From the NCBI RefSeq assembly GCF_964355755.1, contig NC_092674.1, forward strand, positions 22,692,001-22,756,000: a stretch of 64,000 nucleotides of DNA. Reading direction: 5' to 3'. This DNA comes from Antedon mediterranea (taxonomy: Eukaryota; Animalia; Echinodermata). The position numbers and the translations under genes were made by a program. The notes beneath the pieces were generated by a model, which had not been told where the DNA came from, ran no database searches, and saw only the letters and a list, made by a program, of their open reading frames with translations. Below are positions 14,213-27,630 of this stretch, piece by piece (position 1 is the stretch's first letter; the number at the start of each line of letters is the position of its first letter).

Positions 14213-17200
14213 GAAGACTTGTTTTAAACTTTGCTTATGTCGACAATGTTTTTGGATTTTTATCTATTTTAAATTAATAATGGTGACTCAATTCCAACGA
14301 AAATTTACATAATGGATTAATTTGAACTAATAATGTATTTAATACCGTAATGTTAGAGCTTAAGGCTTTTGGAGTCTAGGTTTACGTAATGATCCGGGCA
14401 ATTGAAATCAAATTTAATTAAGTTGTCTAATATTATTAGATAATGATTTAAGTTGGTTCTGAATATTTTATCAACTTTTCAAATATTACATATTTCTTAC
14501 TATACTTATATTCATACTTTAAAATGAAAAATCCTGAATGTTATTTCTTATATAGCCGGTGCACATTGGACAATTACACGCGGAAAAAAAATTAAACCGA
14601 ACCGTAATTTTGAACGTTTTCAGTGTGAACATCAAGTTGAATGTGGCGTGTAGTTTTAAACTTCAACGCGGATATTTCGTGAAGGTTTCCAACGAGAATT
14701 CACTTGATTTGCTACGTGCTACTACAGCTTCGACTTGACGCTCGCCGCGGCCGCGTGTCGCTTTGCGTGTAAATGTTCACGTGCACCGGCGGCCCTTATG
14801 GGTTGATTGAGGACGAAAGTATTCGAAACTATTAACTTAAGTTGAAAAGGGATTTGTGAAATCACTGTTGTAATAGTAATAATCAGATTTATACACCATC
14901 GTTTATTTACTCAAAGCATTTAATCTTTTTAATCGGAGGAATAAATGATATTATTAGCATTCAATTCAATTATTTCACTTAATTGGTATTATACCAACTT
15001 AAATAGCTAAAACATTATTGTCTGTCTTGCTTCGAAATTAAAGGGAATTGGTTACGTGATTTATATGTAAAGTGTTGTCAGAATGGTCCAAGATTATGAT
15101 TTTCTACACAAATTATTAGAGACATTGGTATATTATAGTAATTCTGATTTAATCAATATAACTATTTTTTGAACGAAAATTCATATGAAAAAAAAAGTAC
15201 AAGCAATTTATTTTTAAAAAAATTGTCGTCGTGAGCTGTATGACGGTATAGGAATCAGATGGATGAATGTATTGACGTCCACAGCCGCCTGCTATCGAAC
15301 GCCAAATAGATCAACTGGAATGACCACTTCCACCTCTATCGATTTACCAGAATTAAACAAAACATTTTCCCGTTCGCTTAAATTGCCTCTGTATATTTAA
15401 TAAAACGTCTTTTGATTAGGAAATTTGAACCTGAATCACATATTGGCATATATTATTTAAATTCTGTCTGATTTGAATCATTCTAAGAGTTAAAGTTAGC
15501 GTGAAGACTTATCTGTGTTGGTGGTGTATATCAAGTAGGTATTTTTTTATCACAACACAATAAAAAAAAATTGTTACCTGCGTCTACTGCTAAGAAATAC
15601 ATTTCGGTAAACATTTTTATCTTTGTTGTGTTGTGATCAAATATTTAATTATATACATCTGTAGCTTTAGACTATTGAATCTTTAAGGTAGGATCCGCGA
15701 ACAAGTGTTGTGAGATAGGCCTAATGATTGGTTAAATGTTTCATGGTTTAAAATTTGATTGGGTAGCGATAGCAAAGTATACTCTGTACACATCCGATTC
15801 TGCAGTGTCCGAGATTCGCAATTAGTAATCAAGCAAAGCTGTATTAAATACGTTAAAACATGTTATTTCTGTCAGTAGGTTCTATTTGCAGACAGGGTAT
15901 CAGTAAGATTCGATTCAATTCCATAGTGGTTAGTTGGGTAAGCCCAGTAGCCGCACAAATGGAGTCACTGTATATCGGTCTTAAACCATCTCGCCCCAGT
16001 CAACTCGGCGGCCTAGCCGCGTCACTTGTGTTCAGTTTTCTCATTTCTAATATGGTACAAATTGTATAGAATCGGAAATTTATGAATAACAAGTGACGAA
16101 TTATGTAGGCCTAACGTAACTTTCGTATTAGCATGAATACATTGCATGTTTGCAGAGTCAAAATTCAGCTTGGAGGGACACATACATACAGACAAAAACA
16201 CAGACAAACTTGTCTCTTGCAATCACAGTGTCAACATTATTTCAACAAGAAATGATGACATAATACTTTTAAGTTAGCTAATGAGTATAGGACGTTTACT
16301 GTCTGACAAGATAAGATATAGTCCTACATACCCACCCATTTCATACTGTATAATAAAAAGAACCATATAAACAATGATCAAACTTATAATGAGCATGACC
16401 AGGTGTTGATTGTTGATGTTTGATGTTAGTTGGCACCAATATTGTATCCTAAAGCTATACATTATTGAACGACCGTCTTCAAGATCTCGCCAGCAAATTA
16501 GATTTCATTTGCATCAGGAAATCACTTCTAAAGCATTATTCAATTTCTATTATGAAGTAAGTGGTACATGGAGTAATAAACGGAATCAAACTACAGCCTG
16601 GATACCATCCTTCACGTGCAGCTGCATTTGAATACCCAATCTATATGAAGAATTTAAGAAAATAACATAGATGACGTTTAACGTAAACAATAAGTAACAA
16701 TTTTGGTTATGACACCGTATTATGATGTAATTGTTCACCATTAAAATCCATCAGCACTACGTTGTCAAGGTTGAGCAAGACAATGCGTTCTTAATTTGCT
16801 TCATAGTAGTTGGTTTGCCGGTGGCTAATTGTGCGATATGATACGACGTAAATGATGTCACAGTCAATAACGCTAATAAATTCGTGTTTTAGTGCAGCTC
16901 ATTTAACGGTAAATGACGACTGTATGGTCTAATTCGCACGGACACCTCCGTATTAATATGGGATATGTGACAGTAAGTTTCGGCACCTGATTCTATACTT
17001 ATTATAAGATCATGTAGGCTAAAGATTGGCATATTGCTAATGGTAATACTTATCTATCTGCCTGTATAATTTAACTATTTTAGTTGCCCGGAGGACTTGA
17101 TGAGTATTATAGTCTTCAATCATAAAATATATGATATCTAAATCTACTGTAGGTAGATTTCTTTTATGCGTAATACCGTGTTCTGCGTTATACATGCGTA

Positions 17201-17219
17201 TTGTAGGTGTTTTGCAGTA

Positions 17220-17660
17220 TCTTAGAGAACCAGTTCATACTTAGTTATTTACCCGGGTAAGTTGGTTCTTACCCACCAAAGTTGTTATGCGTTGGACATG
17301 CGATCCTTCATACTGAATGCCTATCTTGATTTGTTCAGTACGGTATGTTAGATCCAGTTCTCACTTAGTTATTTACCCGGGTAAGTTGGTTATTACCCAC
17401 CAAAGTTGTTCTGCGTTAGAGATACGATCTTTCCTATTGTAGGCCTATGTTAATTAGTTCAGTACCGTACGGTATCTTAGAGCTAGTTCACACTTAATTA
17501 TTTACCCGGGTAAGTTGGTTATTACCCACCAAATTTGTTCTGCGTTAGAAATGCGATCATTCCTACTCTAGGCCTATCTTAATTTGTTCAGTACGGTATC
17601 TTAGAGCCAGTTCACACTTAATTATTTTCCCGGGTAAGTTGGTTCCTATCCACCAAAGTT
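17220..17660 (+). repeat. ~124-bp tandem repeat, 3.5 copies
   Basis: CCCGGGTAAGTTGGTT recurs near 17252, 17376, 17505 and 17629. Confidence 0.9.
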
Positions 17661-18542
17661 GGCAATATCTGAGACCATGAAATCAACTCTGGTAGATAAC
17701 TATGCGAAGCTAGGACAAGTCCTTATAAAGTTATATGATACAGCGGTTTTGGTAAAAGAAAAGTAGGCCTAGTATGTGACACTTTAGTTATGGAATGTAT
17801 GACATAGGAGTGATTATTTCGATACGTTTTATGACGTAGCCCATTGGTATTGACCATGCCCAACGATACATTTGTTATCAAATCTAGGCCACCATTAATT
17901 ATGTTAATTATTCGAATCATGTTTTATTTTGTTTCTGATGGGAAACCACCTGAAAAGTGCGCCGTAACTGCTCTGCTTTTGCGTCCAAAAGTCAAGAGTC
18001 TCCGTGATAAAAGCGGATGAATGAATTGAATAAAAGTGTACTTAAGAACAGTTGTATTTTCTGTAGACAGAATAATTCCTCCGCATTCAACTCATACTCA
18101 TTCATTATTTGTACGGGCATATATATCCTTGTTTTATAACGATGTGTGCATTACGGCAATGAAAAGTGTTTAGAAATACACACAGCCCTTCCATAACACT
18201 GGAGGATAGATGTTCGATTTACGCTTTTCAATTTAAAAGATGAGATATTCATCTTGCAATGATCAAAATCTATTTGGAGGCTGATCGAGTGTGCTTTTAC
18301 ATCCACAAGCCTAGAGCTGAACATGTAATATTGCGAGTAAAGCATTCAATACGTCTAATTAGTTACTATTTACCATCGTATTATTGCTTTATTGCACGTA
18401 CCTGCATCTAGTAACACGCTTATTTGTGTTTTTCTCTTTTTCTTTTGTATGTTTTGTATATGGATGTGCTATCCGAAATAAAGAAAATTAATAAATAAAT
18501 GAATGAATAATCAACATTTAAAATTACACGCTCTCTTCAAGG

Positions 18543-18685
18543 AAATCTAACAGGACACTAGCTCGCCTTGTCTAGATAGGACCTCGTAACAGTCCTTCGA
18601 TGTTATGTCTGGCTGCGACAAATACCAACAGTACTGTACTTTGTACACATTCTCCGCGGCATGCGGTCTATGTTAAAGGGCGCAG
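18543..18685 (+). repeat. Dispersed repeat, second copy at 61844-61968
   Basis: Shared ACAGGACACT(G)AGCTCGCCTTG...GGCTGCGACAA...ATTCTCCGCGG. Confidence 0.75.
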
Positions 18686-19717
18686 CCACAGATAAATCAT
18701 TTGATCTCCGGAACTCAGCATCATGTTGTTCGATTGTCTTGCTCTTTTTCCTGACTGAAAATTTAAATAGAAAGTAACAAACGCATACATATTGAGCCTG
18801 TAAATAGTACGATTTAGTATTCACATTATAATATACCCTAAATATTAGGCTAAGTAAAATAAAAAATAAACTAATATACACGATTAAGTTCGCCATCTTT
18901 GCCATTTGAATGGATGATTTCGTATCTTTCCCTATGCATTATCGTCTACCATTTCACCCATTAAAATTACTATTGAATGGCTGGGTTTTTGTCAAAAAAT
19001 TGTTTTGCAACGCGGTAGGCTAGAATATACACGACTGAAAACAAACATGCTACTCTTCAAGGGCCAACAATTGAGCGTCGAATGTTGTTATGGCCTGGCC
19101 TAATCTTCGAAATTTATAGAAGCGGGTGATCCAATAGTATAAAACAGTAGGCCTAGGTGTGTCGCGCAATATTCATGCCTATCACGTTGCACAACAACTT
19201 ACAACTTAAAATGTTACTGTTTCCGTATACATAGGTTGTACACTCTTTAGCTATCGATGCGATTTGTATTTATTCTATTTTGAATGTTCTTAAGCCAAGT
19301 AAGCATACCATATTTCTAAAGGCCTAACTGAGATGTTTTGTAAGAAAGTAAAAAAAAGCGTTTGGATCAATGCAAATATCTTGATTAGTGGAAAGTATTC
19401 CATTAGTACTGGCTAGTAGCCAATTTGAAAAAAAGGATCAATTTTGTCTTTACAAGTAAACCATGCGCGCACTGCATTGCATGTACATTAGTGGTAAATT
19501 AGCTTTTGACTCCTGTGTACTGGACATTTAGTATCAGTCTAAAATGCATTGGTTGGTTGGGGTTTCTGACACTACAGTGTCTGGGACCCCATTTTTAACT
19601 CTTGCTGTAACTAATTACCGTAACTATCCTAACCCAGCAACCGAGTTTTTTTTTTTACCAGCCGGTACAGTAATAACTGTATATATTTGTCTTTTCAGAT
19701 TGTTTGTGTCAAGCAAT

Positions 19718-20071
19718 ATGTTTAGCATATTTTTCATCACTTGTTTCATGATGTTAGCCGTTGCTATAGGAACACCGTCTTCACAAGAATCCTATGTTGA
19801 GGAGAATCTTGGCACAGACCAAGAGTTTTTCGGCAACTTTACATCTGAGTCGTCTCTTTATGAGTTTTCGTTTATTGATCCAGATGAATTCATTGATAAA
19901 CCAGTGATCTACCTAGCCGGATTCTACCCACTTGAAACCACAGAAAGTTTTCCGATGAAAATGCTAGGATATCAAAGTTACTACTCTTCGCTATTAGCAC
20001 TCCAGCATGTAAATGACCATCCGACAGTGTTAAAAGATTACCATTTAAAGCTAATACGATGCGATTCAGCG
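19718..20071 (+). CDS. First coding exon of a GABA-B receptor-like class C GPCR (signal peptide + start of Venus-flytrap/ANF-receptor domain)
   Basis: Acceptor cttttcAG ends at 19698, ATG at 19718. Translation begins with a hydrophobic signal peptide (MFSIFFITCFMMLAVAIG), then an acidic linker, then VIYLAGFYPL...SLLALQHVNDHPTVLKDYHLKLIRCDSA. This matches the GABA-B/ANF-receptor pattern IYIGGxFP...AxxxVNxxxxILxxYxLxLxxxDS. Phase-0 donor GTGAGT at 20072. Confidence 0.85.
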
Positions 20072-20482
20072 GTGAGTATACATTCTTTTTTTTTTCGTAA
20101 TTTCAAATCACTGTGAAAAGATTGTTGGCGCCCTACAATAAAGTCATGCTTTTACAAAGTTGCTTCAACCTACCGCAGAGACAGTAATAGCAGGGTGGTA
20201 ACTGGTAATAGTATAGTGAAGTATAATAAGTGACGTGGGTCTCGAGTCAAACAGACGATACATTCGTCGAGTTGAGTGTACCACCAGGTATGATGTCATA
20301 GCGTCAGTGAACGCTAAACCACGGACTCCCTACATTCAAGATGTTTTGTGCGCGTGTTATGAAAATCAACCTGTAATTATTGTATCTTAGGCAAACTAGG
20401 TGACTGTCGATAGTCAGTTAGAATCTATCTCCTGACATCTGCATATTTAGGTGCAATTTTTATAATTTGTATATTAAGTAGT

Positions 20483-20670
20483 GGAGCTGTAGCTTGGTGG
20501 TTAACGTGCTTTCCTTCCAATCCCAAGGTCCGGGATTCAATCATGACCTAGTGCCAGGGTTGTAACTATTTCAACTCCACTCCATAAACACGATAAATTA
20601 TAAAATAGTTTATCCATCCTGTAAATGGGTGAGTTTGTGCTAGCTGTTGGATATGTATGAACAATTTAAA
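20483..20670 (+). mobile_element. tRNA-derived SINE
   Basis: A box TAGCTTGGTGG and degenerate B box GGATTCAATC, followed by a body containing CTGTAAATGGG (resembles a conserved SINE central domain); no clean cloverleaf. Confidence 0.65.
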
Positions 20671-22779
20671 AAGTAAGATTTTAAAAAAAGTCTTAATAAT
20701 TCTGTTTACCTTAACCTAACTTTAAAATGAATAATGCAATATAGTTTCACAAGTGACATTGTATCACGGAAATTTCCTAAGGTACTGAGCAAAGTATAAT
20801 ACAGAGGTACTAGGGGAATCAGGATATTGGACCCAGTCTCATCATACCGTACGGCACCTTACATCTCTTTCAGAATAATATCAACCACGCACTAACCTCA
20901 TGACATTAAAATGTTGATGTCGATATATTTTACAATTAATTGGGGGTTGTTTCGAATACCCGCAAGGTATCTTTTGACATTCAGGAGCATGTTTCAATTC
21001 GGAGAATTATTAGAGCTGTCATGAACTTTCTGATTGCTAGCTTCTTATCGTCTTGATCGCATTGAGATATGCAAATAATATTCGACATATTAATAGAACA
21101 AAATAAATTGATAGAATGTAAAATTCTAATGTGAACTTTATAGGAATATAAACCTTGAAGGGCGTATAATACATAAACCGAATCGAATGATATACTTTCA
21201 ACATAACATTTCATAATACAATTATGCCTGCATGTGTTTTTATACAGTAGAACACTTCTTTTGGGACACCCCTATTTCGATTTTAAGGTCCCTGTTATTA
21301 ACGTTTGAAAAAATGGAAATGTATAGTTTTTAGGAGATATAAACAATCACGTATTTCGAAGAAAGATTGCAGTCAACAGAAAATAAATCTACTGTTTATA
21401 GTTTATAGCCATAATACCGTACGAGAATACTGCCTTACAACTTACAACAATCATCACAGTGTTGGCTACTGACCAGCTATAATAGAACCCCATTCGTTCA
21501 TCGTATTAATCTTAGTTACGTAATTATCTGGAGTTATTTTCAAAATAAACTTAAATTGATTAAAATAACAGATATTAATCAAATCGGAAAAATGTATACA
21601 TTAGAACTCATTATCTAAAATATGACTGTACAGCTGTAGTAAATAAATCATCATGAACGCTGACAGTAAAAAAAATGTCAATGCTATAACAGAAAATGGA
21701 GACGAATCACAGAAATTAAATGAACGGGCAGTTGATAATAAGGATTGTTTAGGAAGTGCATCTTGAGATAGATTGGAAGGTAAATCTGATTAAGACACAT
21801 CAATTGATTCATATGTTACGACATACACGAGCAGGTATAGTACACGACAGAGCTTGTTAGTAGACGGCGGAGAAAAGTTTTATGAGGGACATTTTCGATG
21901 GTGATGACATTGTGACATGGAAAACACGGAGCTTGATTGCGAATGCTGAACATGATGCCACAATCATCGATATTTAGCCAATTATCTGTATTGTATCTCA
22001 GGCCGTGGAAACACGGCCACGGCCAAAACAAAATTATCGGGTTTTTTTAACCAATACAGTGCGCATGATCAGTCATTAACAAACAACCAAGTGCCCAATC
22101 GCATCGCAACAATTTGTCCTTCATAGCAAAGGTTAAAAATGATCGCATTTATCCGATTATCTGATTTTAATTATAATTATCGGTTAATTTTTTGTGGAAA
22201 CACGGCTTTATTTTGTTGAATGTCATATGCAAACTTACATTAAGCCCAAAATTAATCTTTTTGTGATGATTTTTGTTGTTGTCTTGTGTGGGTTCGTCCC
22301 ACTTTTATTATCATACTCTGTTATAAATATTATATTTTTTAAACATATTTTTTCCTCTCGTTTATATCTTACAATGTTAAAAGTAATTGTAATAAAAACA
22401 TTGCGTTCATTATTTTACATTTAAAAAAAGTAATTTAAATACATAAAATAATTAACAAAATGCCTAATAAAAGACGATAAAAATTGATTAAAAACGTACT
22501 TTTGACAGTTGTAATTATTCAATAAAGCTCGTGTTCGTGTTCGGGTAGAGAGGCTATAAACTCAGGGGAGGAATATAAAATACCCTCCCTTTTCACCAAG
22601 ACAAAAATGAATGAGATGAGTAAGAAGAATGCAAAAGTTGATCTATTTAATGAAAAACCGTAAGGTTAGAGTCCATACACTGTGCAAGTCTAAAATAGTA
22701 TTTTGGCTCTGTGTGTATGTGAGACGCTCCATACCCGGATGTAAAACTTTTATATATATATATACCAATAAAAAGACTT

Positions 22780-23385
22780 AAAATAACTTTATACATCAAT
22801 ATTAAAATATTTGTATATCTATTCAATTAAATATATATACATATTCAAATTCCCACTTTGCTTGAGATATTGGAATGGATGCTTTGTTATTAACAATGTG
22901 TCTATAAAATATTGAAGATTTTTTTTTCTTATAAAATAAACTTATATATACTTATTTATCATTTACATTTTCAACAATTGGTGATGTTACTATTTGTTTT
23001 CATTTATTTGGTATAGCATTGATAATTGAGAAATATTCTATGAAACCATTTTCTTTATGAATCAACTTGGGAAGCAACTCTTGGTATGTTATTAGTTCAT
23101 TATTAATAATGATATAATTTATTGTTCGGAATCCCGAATTTAACCAATTGTTAAGGTACATTGAATTACCTTACCCAGAGTTATATATTTATTTTCCCAC
23201 AGCTGTTGAGATTTGATTTCATTTGCAGTTAGTGGTTCTGAACTTATAATATTGTTTAGAATCACAGCCACATTTAATAATTGTAGATAAAATATTGGCA
23301 TGTCTTTTAAAATTGTATGGTTTTCTTTATTCATTTTAGTAAATTTAACTGTACATTCAAATGGATACATATAGTAGTCCAGTCA
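22780..23385 (-). mobile_element. Tx1/L1-clade LINE C-terminal fragment
   Basis: ORF 23140-23370 (MPIFYLQLL...EIKSQQLWENKYI) continuing SMYLNNWLNSG in another frame resembles the post-RT region of Tx1 ORF2; same strand as the RT fragment. Confidence 0.55.
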
Positions 23386-23602
23386 AAAATCACCCTCACC
23401 ATGGTATAAGAACGTACCCTAATAAAATTTCATCCGTAGGTTCTATGTATATAGGTAATAACATTTCTTGATGTTGCGTCTTGCAAAACTTGGGATTTTA
23501 CGAGAAAATTAGACTTTTATACCCAATTTATAACTACCTCATGTCGTATTATTGTGTACAGCGAATGCGACGAAGCGTGACTGAAATTACGAGACGCCGT
23601 TT

Positions 23603-25805
23603 GCGCCCGTTGAAAAATGCATTAACAAAGCTAAAAACCTACAAAATTAATAGTTTATACAATAATTTAAATATAGTTTACAATAAATTGTATAATAAAA
23701 TACATAACATATAAAGAAAACTCAAGTATAATCTCAAATATTTACAGATATGTGTTTAAAAATGTACAAATCAAAATGGCCTTCCATAAAATAAAGTGCG
23801 CCCTCACTCGTCATACTTTTATCGGACTTGTATGGATGGTTATACAAGGCATTAATATTACGAAACCCGATGCGGTTTGTTCGTTATTGCCTCTGCAAGA
23901 GGCAGAATATTACATTTTCACAAATATATTTCTAGTTTTTATCATAGAAAAAAAGAATTGTATATATTTAAACATATTACAACCTCCAGTCTACCATCAT
24001 GATGGATTAAGTGAAGCGCCGTATTGTATATGCTATAGCGTCATGATCTTCTAGTTATCTGGTTATATTCTGGACATTCTTTTTTTCACAGCATTACTTG
24101 CGTGGATATCACAATGCATTTGTTTATAGTCAATATTAATTTGAGTAAGAATCATTTTTAAATGACAGTCCATTTCGCATATACGATATAATAAAGATTT
24201 ACATTAATAAAGTACTCTGAAATATTTTCTCATTGGTTATCCGCAACAAAGAATCCTTGTGATTGTTAGTTTTGTTTAATTTTCTTTGAATTGTTTATTG
24301 GCATCCATATCGTATGATGTGTGAGACAATTTCGTGTTTTAGAAAATGTAATCCTGCCACCGAAGATTCTTTCTGTTCGAAGACTTCTGACGGATAACTG
24401 TGTTATTCTTTTACAATTAATTAATTAATGTTCATCTTCACTTTTGGGAAAAATAGCCTACATCTTTTAGGTTTAAAACGTCATTTATAAGTATTTGAAT
24501 AAGCCAACAAATTAAACTACTGTGTTCTCCCAAGCTTTTTAAATTTTCTAAATGCATTAAAATGCGTCGGACTCGGCGGATAACAATATTTGAAATAAAT
24601 GCATATAAAACTTTTTTTCTGGACTTTACTTTTTTGTCCCAAGTGAGAACTTTCAGGCCGTGGAGGTGAACCGATCGTTTATGACATACTTTTGTGTATA
24701 AAATGTCCAATAATAATTGTAGGACTACTCTCAACCAAAACACTTTATATTAGAATGTATTTAATATACGTCACGTCTTAAAAAATTGGGAGAATTGGGT
24801 AATACAGTATGTCGTTTCTCGCGAATCTTACATCACACTCCAACATTCTCACTTTCTTTTATTTAGTGAAATGTGAACGGTGGAAAAACGGGAAAATACT
24901 TTAAATTTAGAATGCTTTGAATTCTGGAAGACGACTTCGAACTTAAAGAATCGTCATGAATGACGTTTATTGGCTCAAACTTCACACATCGGTACGATGT
25001 GAAGGCCAGACGGATTCAGAGAGGATCAAACCGGCTCCTCCTCCCCATTGGCAGTGGGGGCATCGGCGGGTGAAAAGGAAAAATGATAAATGTTGATTCA
25101 GACGAATGCCAACCAGCCCCTTTGATACGCTCTTAATAATTGTTGGAAAGTGAAAGTAGGGCTACTTGAGGTAGGGGGCCTAGTATCTTTCGTATAGGCC
25201 TACACGAAATGGATTATCCTTAAATGATTGGTTCTTACTCTAATTAAGATCATAATCGCGAATGATAGTTCAAAATATGCAATGCATTGTGATATCCACG
25301 CAAGTAATGCTGTGAAAAAAAAAAAGAATGTCTAAAAATAAAACCAGCAAAACTAGTAGTAGTAGATCATTACGCTTCAGCAGATATACAAATATACACT
25401 TAATCCATCATTATGGTATACTGGAGGTTGTAATGTGTTTAAATATATACAATTCTTTTTTTCCATGATAAAAATTAGAAATATATTTGTGAAAATATAA
25501 TATTCTGCCTCTTGCAGAGGCAATAACTAACAAACCGCATCGTGTTTCATAATTAATGCCTTTTTTAACCATCCATACAAGTCCGATAAAAGTATGACGA
25601 GTGAGGGCGCACTTTATTTTATGGAAGGCCATTTTGATTTGTACATTTTTAAACACATATCTGTAAATATTTGAGATTATACTTGGGTTTTCTTTATATG
25701 TTATGTATTTTATTATACAATTTATTGTAAACTATATTTAAATTATTGTATAAACTATTAAATTTGTAGGTTTTTAGCTTTGTTAATGCATTTTTCAACG
25801 GGCGC
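23603..25805. mobile_element. Foldback/long-TIR element (~550-bp inverted arms, ~1.1-kb spacer)
   Basis: 23603-~24160 is the reverse complement of ~25220-25805 (GCGCCCGTTGAAAAATGCATTAACAAAG... / ...CTTTGTTAATGCATTTTTCAACGGGCGC). The outer parts are nearly identical; the inner parts are more diverged. Confidence 0.85.
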
Positions 25806-25827
25806 TCTACGATTTTCTCGTATGTTA

Positions 25828-26018
25828 ATTGCCATGATTTCGGCAACTAAAATAAATAACAATGCGGACAATGGGCAGCCCTGTCTTTTACTCCACAGTT
25901 CATTTTAAAAGTTTTGGATATCCAACCATTATTAGTTATTTTAAACACTGTATCCGTGTAAATTATTTGTATCCATTTTATGAACGATTTACCAAATCTA
26001 AATTTTTCCAACATTTTT
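25828..26018 (-). mobile_element. Tx1/L1-clade LINE reverse-transcriptase fragment
   Basis: Minus strand reads KMLEKFRFGKSFIKWIQIIY...TNNGWISKTFKMNCGV(fs)RQGCPLSALLFILVAEIMA, which contains the L1/Tx1 GVRQGCPLS motif. Confidence 0.85.
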
Positions 26019-26065
26019 TGTGATGATGATAACTGTTTGTTAGCCCCGTGGTTTGTGTTGTCTCA

Positions 26066-26215
26066 TTCAAATTCAATTTCAATTCAATTCAATTCAACCT
26101 TTATTTGCATAAGATCAATATGTAATAACATGAGAGTTTTTTAAAGTAGAATGCACTTATGCTGGAGAAACTTAAATAAGCCCAGAGGGCTTTAAGGCTA
26201 GTTCCACCAGAAAAA
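26066..26215 (-). mobile_element. 3' tail of a CR1/L2-group LINE
   Basis: (AATTC)n run followed by TTTATT (AATAAA on minus) and a stem-loop AAGCCC-AGA-GGGCTT; same architecture as the 3' end of the 44.8-48.5 kb LINE. Confidence 0.55.
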
Positions 26216-26302
26216 AAAAAAGGAATTCAAAAATTATATATAATAAATTTTCCAAATGTAGTCAATAGATAAATATTTTTTTTTTAAAGTGAATAAATAA
26301 AT

Positions 26303-27080
26303 AAACAAGGCCAACAGCCATTAAGTCGCGTGCTGCAATGCATAGTGATACCGGACAGACAGACCGACAGACAGACCGACCGACCGACATAGTGAACTAT
26401 ACTGACCGAAATTACTGAACATTTAAAAATGTTGAAATGTTTAAAAGCATTTATATATTTTGTAAATTTACACGTGCGTAGCCTGTCACTTTCGACGTGC
26501 TCGTATAACGTAATTTCGAGTTGAAAAGTAAGTCAAGAAAACAGAAATCGGGCAAAAAGAATGCGCAATAACATTTAACGCGCAGTGCGCGCGCAAAAAT
26601 ATGCGCACTCATGGCAATTTTGTAAACACTTAAAATTGCTTGAAATGTACTCTTATTTCATGGAAAATAAATTTTGAAAATTTTAAGCGCGCGTACGCAT
26701 GCGTTACATGCGCTACGCACGTAATTGTATTGCCATACGATGATTTATGCCCTGAAATTTATTAGTACCAAATTTTATTTAATTGTGATTCATGGTTGTT
26801 AAGATATGATTACAAACGTGATTTCGTTAAATCGTGCGTATACCGCGTAATTTTTTATTGCGCATCGTGAAAACATAACCACATCGATTCCTGGCCATAA
26901 GGAATATTCTGTGAAAAATTGACTTAGCTAGATTAAACTGATATCAAGATAAGGTCAGAAAGCGATAAAACGCATAGTGATACCGGACCGACAGACAGAC
27001 CGACAGACAGACCGACAGACAGACAGACCGACCAACCGACCGACATAGTGAACTATAGAGTCGCTTCCACGCGACTAATA
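26303..27080. mobile_element. Helentron/DINE-1-like non-autonomous element (HINE)
   Basis: Starts AACAAG in an A-rich site, with subterminal AGTCGCGTG. Has two copies of a block with a (GACA/GACC)n microsatellite (26340-26401 and 26972-27058) and a terminal hairpin AGTCGCTTCCACGCGACT followed by AA. Confidence 0.7.
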
Positions 27081-27469
27081 ACGGGAAAAAATCTTTACAT
27101 TCAACAGCCTCTTTTAAAAAATTCCACTGTGACTAGATCGAAAAAGATAATATAAATCACTGCTTCTCGTCATTGGCAGATATAATACAGTAGTTTAAAC
27201 AAATATGTATGCATTGAACTATAGTACTTGTCTTACTAAAATCAGTAATGCATTATTGCAGCTTTCCTTAATACGATTATTTTAATATAGGCTCATAAAG
27301 TAGAGTAGGCCTAATTTATTAACCCAGTTTGATCCTATGGCCTAGCGATGTTATTGAATTTCAAATGAATAATAAATATATAAAGCGGATTTATTTATCG
27401 TAAAGCATACTAATCCTTTGCAACAAATTCTAAATATTAAACAATAAATATAAATAATGCATTACGGTA

Positions 27470-27630
27470 AGCTCTGTCTACACTATCAAACTAAACAAAA
27501 CAAAACAAAAATTATTATCTGCCCAAATATGGTGGTGATATGCCTAAATATGGTAGTGTTATCACATCATGTCCATATATAGCACATCAAATTTTGTTGT
27601 CACATAAAATATGATAGTGTAGACAGAACT
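27470..27630. mobile_element. MITE (AGCTCTGTCTACAC TIR family)
   Basis: AGCTCTGTCTACACTATCA ... TGATAGTGTAGACAGAACT; the internal AAATATGGTAG motif is shared with the 8547 copy. Confidence 0.8.

Noticed and set aside
14600-14820. CpG-rich patch as the GPCR promoter
   Set aside because: Plausible but unsupported: no linked exon or TSS evidence, and similar CpG patches here are often TE-derived.
19544-19717. Upstream ATG extension of the 190-aa ORF
   Set aside because: It lies mostly upstream of a clear acceptor at 19698; the signal peptide starts at ATG 19718, and the ORF tail past 20071 is intron.
20483-20560. Functional tRNA genes here and at 11838, 14152 and 60085
   Set aside because: Only A/B boxes are retained and the stems do not pair; better explained as SINE heads.
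23752-25656. Two near-identical ORFs (MFKNVQIKMAF...) as a duplicated gene pair
   Set aside because: They are the two arms of an inverted repeat, start at GTG and diverge by frameshift.
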